Made by a program: the position numbers and the translations under genes
DNA from: an uncultured delta proteobacterium
Lineage (GTDB): Bacteria; Desulfobacterota; Binatia; HRBIN30; BPIQ01
DNA length: 64,000 nt
Assembly: GCA_963761335.1 (NCBI GenBank)
Contig: CAVXGR010000004.1
Location: 32,001-96,000, forward strand
Direction of reading: 5' to 3'
Part shown: one piece after another, positions 40,125 to 49,134 of the stretch
Layout of the letters: each line of letters starts with the position of its first letter
Numbering within the stretch: position 1 is the stretch's first letter
Notes under the pieces: model-generated
What the model saw: only the letters and a program-made list of their open reading frames with translations
The model's database searches: none
Told to the model about the DNA's origin: nothing

Positions 40125-41702
40125 CTGCCGGCTCTGGGGCGCTGCGTCCTCGCCATCGATCACGGCACCTCCGGCATCAAAGCAGCTCTGGTCTCGGCGC
40201 GCGGTGAGGTGGCCGATGCGGAGTTCGAGCCGACACCGATCCGCTTTCTTCCCGGCGGCGGTGCCGAGCAGGATGCCGGCGACTGGTGGCGGGCCCTGCT
40301 GGCTGCCGCCGGACGCATGCTGCGCCGCGGCGCCGTTGCCGCCGAGGCGATCGAAGCGGTGTGCGTCTCGAGCACCTTCTCGACCACCGTCGCCGTCGAC
40401 GCCGCCGGCGAGCCGGTGCTGCCGGCTCTCACCTGGATGGACTCCCGCGGCGCCCCCTACGTGCGCGAGGTCGTGGGGGGCTTTCCGAGCCTCCTCGGCT
40501 ACAACCTGCCGCGCGCCTGGAAATGGATCTCGCGGACCGCGGGTGTGCCTTCGCTCTCCGGCAAGGACGACGCCGCCCACGTTCTCTTCGTGCAGCGCGA
40601 GCGCCCCCGGGAGTACACGGGGACCCGGTATTTCCTGCCGAGCAAGGACTATCTGAACTCGAAGCTCACCGGGGAGATGGCGGCGTCGTTCGACTCGGTC
40701 CATCTGTTCTGGGTCACCGACGCGCGCGACCCGCGCCGCATCCGCTACGACGGCGAGCTGATCCGCATGCTGGGCATCGACGGCGAGAAGCTGCCGCCCC
40801 TGCGGCCGTCAAATGCCGTGCTCGGGACGCTGACTGCGGATTGTGCCGACGCCCTGGGCCTCGGCCGGGACGTGCAGGTGGTCATGGGGGCTCCCGATCA
40901 CCAGTGCGCCCTGATCGGCTCGGGCGGCGTGCGCGACTTCGACGGTCATCTGTACGTCGGCACCTCGTCGTGGATCGAATGCCCCGTGCCCTTCAAGAAG
41001 ACCGACGCGCTGCACTCGATCGCGTCCTTTCCGGCGGCCATGCCGGGGCGCTACCAGTGCATCAACGAGCAGGACCTCGCCGGCGGCGCCCTCGGCTTCT
41101 TCGCCGACAACCTGCTGCGGCGCAGCGCCGAGCTTCTCGGCGCGGATGTGACGGTCTCCTACGAGCACATCGACGAGATCGCCGCGGCAGTGGCGCCGGG
41201 GAGCGGCGGCGTTCTCTTTACACCGTGGCTCAACGGCGAGCGCACTCCGGTCGACGATCTCCAGGCGCGCGGCGGCTTTCACAACCTGTCGACGACGACG
41301 CGAATCGACGAGATGGCGCGCGCCGTCCTCGAAGGCGTGGCGCTCAATACCCGCTGGAGCCTCGGCTACGTCGAGCGCTTCGCCGGCCGCCGTCTGGAGC
41401 CGCTGCGCCTCGTCGGCGGCGGCGGGCGATCGCCTCTGTGGTCGCAGATCTTCGCGGATGTTCTCGATCGGGAGATTCACGTGGTCGAGAAGCCGCTTCA
41501 CGCCAACGCTCGCGGCGCCGCCTTCCTCGCCGCCGCCGGTCTGGGGTGGACGCGTTTCGAGGACATCCCCGGTCTGCTCTCCGCCGAGCGCGTGCACCGC
41601 CCCGATGCGGCTCGGCGGCGCACCTACGACGAGCTCTACGATGCCTTCGTCCGCCTCTACCGCGCCAACCGCGGAATTTATCGGAAGTTGAACGGGGGGT
41701 GA
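40125..41702 (+). CDS. FGGY-family carbohydrate kinase (xylulokinase-like), probable CTG start
   Basis: In-frame LAIDHGTSGIKA lies upstream of the ORF-track start; TWMDSR, GAPDHQ, GTSSW, PWLNGERTP, AVLEGVA, GGGGRS. Confidence 0.9.
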   Translation: MPALGRCVLAIDHGTSGIKAALVSARGEVADAEFEPTPIRFLPGGGAEQDAGDWWRALLAAAGRMLRRGAVAAEAIEAVCVSSTFSTTVAVDAAGEPVLPALTWMDSRGAPYVREVVGGFPSLLGYNLPRAWKWISRTAGVPSLSGKDDAAHVLFVQRERPREYTGTRYFLPSKDYLNSKLTGEMAASFDSVHLFWVTDARDPRRIRYDGELIRMLGIDGEKLPPLRPSNAVLGTLTADCADALGLGRDVQVVMGAPDHQCALIGSGGVRDFDGHLYVGTSSWIECPVPFKKTDALHSIASFPAAMPGRYQCINEQDLAGGALGFFADNLLRRSAELLGADVTVSYEHIDEIAAAVAPGSGGVLFTPWLNGERTPVDDLQARGGFHNLSTTTRIDEMARAVLEGVALNTRWSLGYVERFAGRRLEPLRLVGGGGRSPLWSQIFADVLDREIHVVEKPLHANARGAAFLAAAGLGWTRFEDIPGLLSAERVHRPDAARRRTYDELYDAFVRLYRANRGIYRKLNGG

Positions 41703-41704
41703 GA

Positions 41705-41866
41705 GGGGACTGGCTCCTTTTCGGGCAACCGGCGCCGCATCAGAGGCTGACATCCGCCGCCGAAAGGGTGCCTGTCCCCCGCGCCCGCCCCATGGGGACA
41801 GGCAACTTTTGCGAGCCGCGGCCGTGTTGCCATTGCCATTGCGGGCGGCAAAAGTAGCCTGTCCCC
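41705..41866. repeat. Two adjacent GGGGAC(A/T)GGC-family REP hairpins
   Basis: 41705-41779 and 41794-41866, each GGGGAC.GGC...TTTT / AAA..G..GCCTGTCCCC. Confidence 0.88.
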
Positions 41867-41910
41867 ACCGTCGATTGCCCCTCAGGAACCGCTGCGGTAT
41901 AGGCGGGGCA

Positions 41911-42930
41911 ATGTCGCGGTGGCGGGGGTTTATCGGGCTGGCATGCCTGGTGGTGATCGGCGCCTGTAGGCACGGCGGAGAGGCGCCCGCCTCGGCATCG
42001 CCGAAGGCGGCGGCCGCGGCGTTCAAGGTCGCCCTGCTGAGCCCCGGTCCGGTGAGCGACGCCGGCTGGAACGCCCTGGCGTACGAGGGACTGCTGCACA
42101 TTCGCGATCAGCTCGGCGCCCAGATCAGCCAGACGGAGACGAAGACTCCGGCGGAGTTCGAGGAGGGCTTTCGCGATTACGCCCGCCGCGGCTTCAACCT
42201 CATCTTCGGTCACGGATTCGAGTTCCAGGACGCCGCCGCGGCGGTGGCCCCCGATTTTCCCAAGACGGTGTTCATCACCACCTCCGGCAACACCGTGCGC
42301 CCCAACGTGGCGCCGATGCGCTTCATGCTCGAGGAGGCGACCTATCTCGAGGGAATGATGGCGGGGCTGATGTCGAAGAGCGGCAAGGCGGGCGCCGTCG
42401 GCGGCATGGAGATCCCCTCGGTGAAGAGCACGGTGCTGGCCTTCGAGGCGGGGGCGAAGGCGGTGCGCCCCGACTTCGTCGTGGTGCGCTCCTACATCGG
42501 CAACTGGGAGGACGTCGGCGCGGCCAAGGAAGCGACCCTGGCGCTGATCCAGCAGGGAGCGGATTTCCTCTTTCACAACGCCGATGCCGCCGGGCTCGGC
42601 GTCTTTCAGGCGGCGCAGGAGCAGCTGGCGCGTGGCCGGCGCGTCTACGTCTTCGGCGCCAACAAGGATCAGAACGGCGTCGCTCCCAACGTCGTCATCG
42701 CCAGCGCCGTCGCCGACATTCCCGGTGCCTTCGTGCAGGTGGCCCGGGAGGTGAAGTCGGGTCACTTCGTCGGCCACATCGAACGCAAAGGGATCGCCGA
42801 CGGCGTGGTCTCCCTGGTCTACAACCCCGCTCTCGAGGAGGCCATCCCGCCGCCGGTCAAGGCGCGAATCGCGGCGGCCCAGGCCGACATCGTCGCCGGT
42901 CGCCTCGAGGTGCCCACGGCCGAATTCTAG
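41911..42930 (+). CDS. BMP-family ABC transporter substrate-binding lipoprotein (nucleoside-type)
   Basis: Lipobox IGAC; DAGWNALAYEGL, FGHGFEF, GAVGGMEIP, GADFLFH. Confidence 0.92.
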   Translation: MSRWRGFIGLACLVVIGACRHGGEAPASASPKAAAAAFKVALLSPGPVSDAGWNALAYEGLLHIRDQLGAQISQTETKTPAEFEEGFRDYARRGFNLIFGHGFEFQDAAAAVAPDFPKTVFITTSGNTVRPNVAPMRFMLEEATYLEGMMAGLMSKSGKAGAVGGMEIPSVKSTVLAFEAGAKAVRPDFVVVRSYIGNWEDVGAAKEATLALIQQGADFLFHNADAAGLGVFQAAQEQLARGRRVYVFGANKDQNGVAPNVVIASAVADIPGAFVQVAREVKSGHFVGHIERKGIADGVVSLVYNPALEEAIPPPVKARIAAAQADIVAGRLEVPTAEF

Positions 42931-42932
42931 CT

Positions 42933-44447
42933 GTGGGACCTGCGGCCGTTCGTCTGCGCCTCACCGGACTCCGCAAGCGATTCGGCGCGCTGACGGCGCT
43001 CGACGCGGTGTCTCTCGATCTGCCGCCCGGCGAGATCCACGCGCTGCTCGGGGAGAACGGCGCCGGGAAGACGACTTTGATGAACGTCCTCTACGGCCTG
43101 CTGCCCCCGGACGGCGGCAGCGTGGAGCTCGACGGCCAAGCCGTTCTTCCGCGGACGCCGGCGGAGGCGCGCCGTCTGGGCATCGGCATGGTGCACCAGC
43201 ATTTCACCGTGGTCGAGCGGCTGACCACGGCGGAGAACCTGGCGATCAGTCTCAGCGAGGGCGGCATCGGCTTCCGGCCGGCGGTCATCGGCGCGCGCGC
43301 CATCGAGCTGGCGCGCCGCGTCGGCCTGGACATCGGCGATCCCGCGGCGCGGGCGGGCTCGCTCTCGGTGGGAACGCGGCAGCGCATCGAGATTCTGAAG
43401 GCCCTTGCCGCCGAGGTGCGGGTGCTGATTCTCGACGAGCCGACCGCGGTGCTGACGCCACAGGAGACGGCGCAGCTCTTCGCGGTGCTGCGGCGGTTGC
43501 GCGCCGAGGGCACGCTGGTGCTCTTCATCACCCACAAGCTGCACGAGGTGCGCGAGGTGGCCGATCGGGTGACGGTGCTGCGGCGCGGTCGCGTCGTCGG
43601 TACGGTATCGCCGTCGCAGGTCTCGGATGCGGAGCTGGCGGTGATGATGGTCGGCAGTCCGCTGCCGCCCGCGGCTCCCCGCGGCCGCGGCGCCGCGGGG
43701 GCGGAGATGCTGCGCCTCGACGAGGTTCGCTTCGACGAAACCGTCTCGCCGGGAGAGGGCATCTCGCTCTCGGTGCGCGCCGGAGAGATCGGCGGCATCG
43801 TCGGGGTCGACGGCAACGGCCAGACGGAGCTCTTCGAGCTTCTCTCCGGGCTGCGCTCGCCGGCGGCGGGAGTGGTGCGAATCGGTGGCCACGCCGTCGC
43901 CCGCTTCACGCCGGCGGCCATGCAGGCGGCGGGAGTCGGGGTGATCCCGCCGGATCGCCGCGCCGAGGGGCTGGTCGCGGCGATGAGCGCCGTGGAGAAT
44001 CTGGTTCTCAGCCGCGCTCTCCTGGCGCGTTTCTCGCGGCGCGGCGTGCTGCGGTGGCAGGCGATTCGCGCCTTCGGCGAGCACCTGGCCGAGGTCTATC
44101 AGCTGCGTCGCAGCGCCTTGGAGGCGCCGGCGGCGACGCTCTCCGGCGGCAATCAACAGCGGTTGATCGTGGCCCGGGCCCTGGCGGCGGAGCCGCGCGT
44201 TCTGGTGGCGGTCAATCCGACGCGCGGCCTCGACATCGCCGCCTCGCAGGCGGTGTACGAGGCGTTCGAGCGCTTTGTCGCCGCCGGCAACGCCGTGCTC
44301 CTCATCGCCACCGATCTCGACGAGGTGCTCGCTGTCAGTGATCGCGTCGCGGTGCTCTTTCAGCGGCGCCTGAGCGCGCCTCTGGAGCCACCGTTTCCGC
44401 TGCAGCGCATCGGCCTGATGATGGCGGGCGGACAGGCGAGGGGATAG
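42933..44447 (+). CDS. ABC transporter ATP-binding protein (CUT2, two domains)
   Basis: GENGAGKTT, MVHQHF, ILDEPT, GVDGNGQ, LSGGNQQ, PTRGLD. Confidence 0.95.
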   Translation: MGPAAVRLRLTGLRKRFGALTALDAVSLDLPPGEIHALLGENGAGKTTLMNVLYGLLPPDGGSVELDGQAVLPRTPAEARRLGIGMVHQHFTVVERLTTAENLAISLSEGGIGFRPAVIGARAIELARRVGLDIGDPAARAGSLSVGTRQRIEILKALAAEVRVLILDEPTAVLTPQETAQLFAVLRRLRAEGTLVLFITHKLHEVREVADRVTVLRRGRVVGTVSPSQVSDAELAVMMVGSPLPPAAPRGRGAAGAEMLRLDEVRFDETVSPGEGISLSVRAGEIGGIVGVDGNGQTELFELLSGLRSPAAGVVRIGGHAVARFTPAAMQAAGVGVIPPDRRAEGLVAAMSAVENLVLSRALLARFSRRGVLRWQAIRAFGEHLAEVYQLRRSALEAPAATLSGGNQQRLIVARALAAEPRVLVAVNPTRGLDIAASQAVYEAFERFVAAGNAVLLIATDLDEVLAVSDRVAVLFQRRLSAPLEPPFPLQRIGLMMAGGQARG

Positions 44448-45502
44448 TGCGCTTCGCCGCCCAGGGGCTGCTGTCGACGGTGGTGGCGCTGCTCGCCGGC
44501 TTCGCCGTCAGTGCCGGCGTGGTCGCCGCCGCGGGATCGAACCCGGTGACCGCCTTCGGGGCGCTCTTCGCCGGGGCCTTCGGCAGCCTCGACGGCCTTT
44601 CCGAGGTCGCCGTGAAGACATGCCCGCTGCTGCTCACCGGTTTGTCGGTGGCGGTGGCGTTCCAGGCGGGAATCTGGAACATCGGCGCCGAAGGGCAGCT
44701 GCTTCTCGGAGCGCTGCTCGTCGCCGCCCTGGGGCCGCGGCTGGCGCCTTTGCCTGGCCTGCTGGCGACGCCGTTGCTGTTGCTGAGCGCGGCGCTGGCG
44801 GGGGGGCTGTGGGCGGTGCTCGCCGGGGTGCTCAAGATCTGGCGCGGCGTCAGCGAGGTGATCAGCACCATCATGCTCAACTTCGTCGCCACGGCCATGG
44901 TGGGGTATCTCGTGCAGGGACCGCTGATGGAGGCGGGCGGCCGCTATCCGCAGACCGACGCGCTGCCCGCCGCCTTTCGCCTGCTGCGGCTGGCGCCGCC
45001 GAGCCGCATACACACCGGCGTCATGCTGGCGGTGGCGCTGGCCCTGCTGCTCGCCGTGGTCGTGCGCCGCACCGTCTTCGGATACGAGATCCGCGCCGTC
45101 GGCTTCAACCCGCGCGCCGCGCGGCTCGCAGGTATCGCGGTCGAGTGGCGCGGTCTCACCGCCTTTGCCCTGAGCGGTGCGCTGGCGGGCCTCGCCGGAG
45201 GGATCGAGGTGGCCGGGGTCACCTACCGCATGTACGAGCGCTTCTCTCCCGGCTACGGCTTCACCGGCATCGCCGTCGCCCTCCTCGGCCGCCTCGATCC
45301 CCTGGGGGTGCTCGCCGCGGGCGCCTTCTTCGGCGCCCTCGATGCCGGCTCCAACTCCATGCAGCGGAGTGCCGGGATCTCCGCGGTTCTGGTCTCGGTG
45401 ATCCAGGCGACGGTGATTCTCTTTCTCGTCGGCCTCGAGAGGCGGCGCTGGCTGCCGGCGAGCAAGAGGGCGGAGGGCGCCGATGCAACCGATCCTCGCT
45501 AG
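44447..45502 (+). CDS. ABC transporter permease (nucleoside-type)
   Basis: WNIGAEGQ, EVISTIMLN, GYGFTGIAVALLG. Confidence 0.93.
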   Translation: MRFAAQGLLSTVVALLAGFAVSAGVVAAAGSNPVTAFGALFAGAFGSLDGLSEVAVKTCPLLLTGLSVAVAFQAGIWNIGAEGQLLLGALLVAALGPRLAPLPGLLATPLLLLSAALAGGLWAVLAGVLKIWRGVSEVISTIMLNFVATAMVGYLVQGPLMEAGGRYPQTDALPAAFRLLRLAPPSRIHTGVMLAVALALLLAVVVRRTVFGYEIRAVGFNPRAARLAGIAVEWRGLTAFALSGALAGLAGGIEVAGVTYRMYERFSPGYGFTGIAVALLGRLDPLGVLAAGAFFGALDAGSNSMQRSAGISAVLVSVIQATVILFLVGLERRRWLPASKRAEGADATDPR

Positions 45503-46409
45503 CCTCTTGGCGTCGACCGTCAAGATGGCGGTGCCGCTGCTGCTCGCCGCGCTCGGCGAGGTGATTGCCGAGCGCGGCGGCATCATCAACATCGGCATCG
45601 AGGGGAAGCTGCTCGCCGGCGCTTTCGCCGCCATGGCCGTGGCCCACGCCACGGCATCGCCGCTCCTCGGCGTGCTGGCCGGCGTCGGCGCCGGCCTGGT
45701 GCTGGCGCTGGCGGCCGGCTACCTGATCGTGTCGCGCGCCGCCAATCAGGTGGTGGTCGGCACCGCGGTCAATCTGCTGGCCTTCGGCGTGACCGGCGTG
45801 GCCTACCGCGCCATCTTCGGGGTGACCGGGGCGGCGTTGACCGTTCCCGGACTGCAGGCACTGCGTCTGCCGCTGCTCTCCGATCTGCCGCTCCTCGGCG
45901 AGGCGCTGTTCGACCAGACCTGGGTCGGCTATCTCAGCTTTGCGCTGGTGCCGGCGGTCGCCGTGTTTCTCTGGCGCACGCTCCCGGGCGTATGTCTGCG
46001 AACGGTCGGCGAGGATCCGCACGCCGCCGCGGCGCAGGGCATCTCGGTGGAGCGAGTGCGCCTGGCGGCGTTGCTGGCCGGCGGGGCGCTCGCCGGGCTG
46101 GCGGGGGCCTATCTGGCCGTGGGATACGCGCGTACTTTCGTCGAGGGCATGTCGGGTGGCCGCGGCTTCATCGCCCTCGCCATCGTCGTCTTCGGTCGTT
46201 GGTCGCCGCTGGGCGTGCTCGTCGGGGCACTTCTCTTCGGCTTCGCCACGGCACTCCAGTTTCACTTCCAGGCGATGGGCTTGGCCGTGCCGTATCAGTT
46301 CTTCCTGGCGCTGCCCTACGTGCTGACGCTGCTCATCCTCGCCCTGTTCGCCAACCAGGCGACCGCGCCGGCGGCACTCGGTGTGCCCTACGAGCGGGCG
46401 AAGTCGTAG
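45483..46409 (+). CDS. ABC transporter permease (nucleoside-type)
   Basis: ERGGIINIGIEG, GRGFIALA, LPYVLT, APAALGVPY. Confidence 0.93.
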   Translation: MQPILASLLASTVKMAVPLLLAALGEVIAERGGIINIGIEGKLLAGAFAAMAVAHATASPLLGVLAGVGAGLVLALAAGYLIVSRAANQVVVGTAVNLLAFGVTGVAYRAIFGVTGAALTVPGLQALRLPLLSDLPLLGEALFDQTWVGYLSFALVPAVAVFLWRTLPGVCLRTVGEDPHAAAAQGISVERVRLAALLAGGALAGLAGAYLAVGYARTFVEGMSGGRGFIALAIVVFGRWSPLGVLVGALLFGFATALQFHFQAMGLAVPYQFFLALPYVLTLLILALFANQATAPAALGVPYERAKS

Positions 46410-47010
46410 ACGGCCGCTCGCCGCGCCGCCGCCGCACCGTGGCGCCGCGGGCGGCGCGCATCTGCCGCAGCCGGGTCACCTGAGCTTCGAGGAGATCGTC
46501 GGCGCGCGCCAGCAGCTTGCTGTTCTTGGTGAAGCGCTCGATCATGTAGCCCAGGTCGCCGAGGTCGTGAATGAGCAGGCGAGCGGCGCGCTCGCGCTCG
46601 GCCTCTCCCTTGAGCGCCTCCAGCAGCTCGAGCACCACGTCCTCGATCTCCGAGCCCTCGATCTCGAGGGCCATCTCGAAGGCGCGCTCCAGGTCGACGC
46701 CCCGATCCACCTCGCGGTGCAGACGTTTGAGGAGGGCGCGCAGGTGCTGCACGCGCGCCGGGGTGAGGGAGACGACCAGGGCGCGATCCGAAGCGCCGTC
46801 GAGCAGACCCGTGACCAGTGCCAGCGCGCCGAAGTGGCGCGACTCGTGTTGCGCCATGTCGAACCAGAAGGCGCGCAGGGCGGCCTGCTCGGCGAAGCGG
46901 CACTCGAACTTGCAGTACAGCTGCATGGTCTGCCGCTCGAGCTCCATGGCGTCGGCGATCAGCTTGCGGAGCCGGGCCGGCGCCAGAGGTTTTCGGGAGG
47001 TCAGGGACAT
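46333..47010 (-). CDS. Ferritin/rubrerythrin-like helical protein
   Basis: AMELE...Y...MAQHESRH...ALEIE pattern. The 3' end overlaps the convergent permease gene. Confidence 0.6.
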   Translation of the reverse strand: MSLTSRKPLAPARLRKLIADAMELERQTMQLYCKFECRFAEQAALRAFWFDMAQHESRHFGALALVTGLLDGASDRALVVSLTPARVQHLRALLKRLHREVDRGVDLERAFEMALEIEGSEIEDVVLELLEALKGEAERERAARLLIHDLGDLGYMIERFTKNSKLLARADDLLEAQVTRLRQMRAARGATVRRRRGERPSTTSPARRAHRVPPARSPGWRTGRG

Positions 47011-47043
47011 ATCCCCCCGCCTAGCTGAGGTGGTGCGGCAGAG

Positions 47044-47373
47044 TCAACGCGGCTCGCGCCCGCGTCCACCCATGCGGCCGCGCGGCCCGTGATCGGAGCG
47101 GCGCGGCTCGCGCGGCGGTCGCGGCGCCTGCGGGCGGGCCTCGTTCACCACGAGCTCGCGCTGCTCTAGCTGGTGACCGTTGAGCGAGGCGATCGCCTTC
47201 TGTGCTCCTTCGTCGTTCTCCATCTCGACGAACGCAAAGCCGCGCGACTGCCCCGAGAACTTGTCGCGGATGATGTTGACCGCCTGAACCTCACCCGCTT
47301 CCTCGAAGAGAGCGCGCAGCTCGTCCTCGCTGGTCTTGAAGGGGAGGTTTCCCACGTATAGCTTCGTCGCCAT
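47044..47373 (-). CDS. RRM RNA-binding protein
   Basis: KLYVGNL (RNP2), SRGFAFVEM (RNP1), VNEARP; Arg/Gly-rich tail. Confidence 0.95.
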   Translation of the reverse strand: MATKLYVGNLPFKTSEDELRALFEEAGEVQAVNIIRDKFSGQSRGFAFVEMENDEGAQKAIASLNGHQLEQRELVVNEARPQAPRPPREPRRSDHGPRGRMGGRGREPR

Positions 47374-47473
47374 CGCTCGCGCCTCCTTACTTTCTGCCGG
47401 CTCGACTTCCGGCAATCTCGGGCGCGGACTCTACTTCCAGCCGCTCGGGGTAGTCAATACGTGTTTGGCGCGA

Positions 47474-48694
47474 TCAGCCGATCCCGCCGCCGAGGCCGCC
47501 GAGGCCTTCGAAGACGCGGCGGGAGACGACGATGCGCTGCACCTGGCCGGTGCCCTCGAAGATGTCGAAGACCTTGACGTCGCGAAAGAGCTTCTCCACG
47601 TGGTTGTGGTGCAGGCAGCCCTCGGGGCCAAGGAGGCCAACGGCCTCCGAGCAGACGCGGGTGGCGATGGTGCCGGCATAGCCCTTGGCCATCGATGCCT
47701 CCTTGGAGTTGGGTCGCCCCAGATCGGCCAGCCACGCCGCCTTCCAGGCGAGCAGGCGTCCCGCCGTGATCTGCCGCTCCATGTGGAAGAGGCGCTCGCG
47801 CGCCAACACGGCTGCCGGCAGGGCGCTGTTGGCGCCATAGACGTCTTCGACCCACTTGCGGGCCATCTCGAAGGCGGCGCGGGCAATGCCGATGGCGAGG
47901 ATGGCGACCAGCGGGCGAGTGGTGTCGAAGAAGGCCATGGCGATCTTGAAGCCGGAGGCGCCGCGCTGCTCGTAGTAGGCCTCGCCGCCGAGGAGATTGT
48001 CGCGGTGGACACGGCAGTCCTCGAGGACGAGCTCGGCGGTCTCCTGGGCGTGCAGCCCCATCTTCTTCTCGATGCGGCCGACGCGGAACCCCGGGGTCCC
48101 CTTCTCGACCACGAAGGTGCGGTGTCCGGCGCGGCCGAGGCTCTTGTCGGTGGTGGCAAAGACCACCACCCAGCTGGCGCGGGCGCCGTTGGTGATGAAG
48201 CATTTCGTGCCGTTGAGGACGTAGTGGTCGCCGTCCTTGACGGCGGTGGTGGCGATGTTGGCCACATCGGAGCCGGCGCCCGGCTCGGAGAGGCCGTAGG
48301 CCCCCCAGCGCAGCTGTGACTTGTCCTTGAACACGCCGAAGAAGCGCTCCTTCTGCTCCGGCGTACCCGTGGCCGCCACCGGCGGCGCCCCCAGGCCGGC
48401 GCCGGGGATGTTGGTGAGCACGGCTGGATCGCCCCACGCCATCTCCTCGGCGGCGATCACCGCCATGCGATTGCTCTGCTTCGGCTTCTTTTCGCCGCCG
48501 TCGCTGCCCTCGTCGGGGCCGCTGAGCCCGCCGCCCTGGGCGCTGCTCATGCCGTAGAGCTCGCGCAGGAAGTCGTCGGGATAGCGGCCGCTGCGGTCCG
48601 CCTCGAGAGCCAGGGGCCGCACCCGGTTCTCGGCGAACCAGTGAGTCATCTCGCGCAGCGCCTGCTGCTGCGGGCTGAGGGTAAAGTCGATCAT
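47474..48694 (-). CDS. Acyl-CoA dehydrogenase
   Basis: GLSEPGAGSD, LNGTKCFITNG, KMGL, VEKLFRDVKVFDIFEGTGQVQ. Confidence 0.95.
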   Translation of the reverse strand: MIDFTLSPQQQALREMTHWFAENRVRPLALEADRSGRYPDDFLRELYGMSSAQGGGLSGPDEGSDGGEKKPKQSNRMAVIAAEEMAWGDPAVLTNIPGAGLGAPPVAATGTPEQKERFFGVFKDKSQLRWGAYGLSEPGAGSDVANIATTAVKDGDHYVLNGTKCFITNGARASWVVVFATTDKSLGRAGHRTFVVEKGTPGFRVGRIEKKMGLHAQETAELVLEDCRVHRDNLLGGEAYYEQRGASGFKIAMAFFDTTRPLVAILAIGIARAAFEMARKWVEDVYGANSALPAAVLARERLFHMERQITAGRLLAWKAAWLADLGRPNSKEASMAKGYAGTIATRVCSEAVGLLGPEGCLHHNHVEKLFRDVKVFDIFEGTGQVQRIVVSRRVFEGLGGLGGGIG

Positions 48695-48779
48695 CGCTGA
48701 GAGTTGTAGTGAATCGCGCCCAGGTCGTCCAGAGGAGAGACCCTCGATCGTGAGGCTGTCCCAAGACCTAGCGAATAGA

Positions 48780-48961
48780 AACGCAAAGGCGCAAAGACGC
48801 AAAGGCGCAAAGCCGGTGTGCCCAGAGACGGTGGTCCGGCTTCCGCGAGCGGAGAGAAGAGGATCATCCAGCTAGCTCTCGCCTGCAGAGCGTCTGCCTC
48901 TGCGAACGGGAATGCCGCCGAATGTCAGCCGCCCGGCTTTGCGGCTCTGCGCCTTTGCGTT
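48780..48961. repeat. ACGCAAAG/GCGCAAAG repeat with a distal inverted partner
   Basis: ACGCAAAGGCGCAAAGACGCAAAGGCGCAAAG at about 48781-48812 and CTTTGCGGCTCTGCGCCTTTGCGT at about 48937-48960. Confidence 0.7.
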
Positions 48962-49134
48962 CCTCTCCGCCATGCGGTGCCTCCCTCCGTCTGACCGCAT
49001 CGGCCGCCCAACATGGCGATGCATTCTTGAGACAATCGCTCGAACCCCGGGGGGAGCCGACTCAGACCGTGTCAAGCGCCAGCTCTCCCTTTACATCGCG
49101 GCGCCGTTCGGCTCATAAGGCGGCTGTGGGCTGC

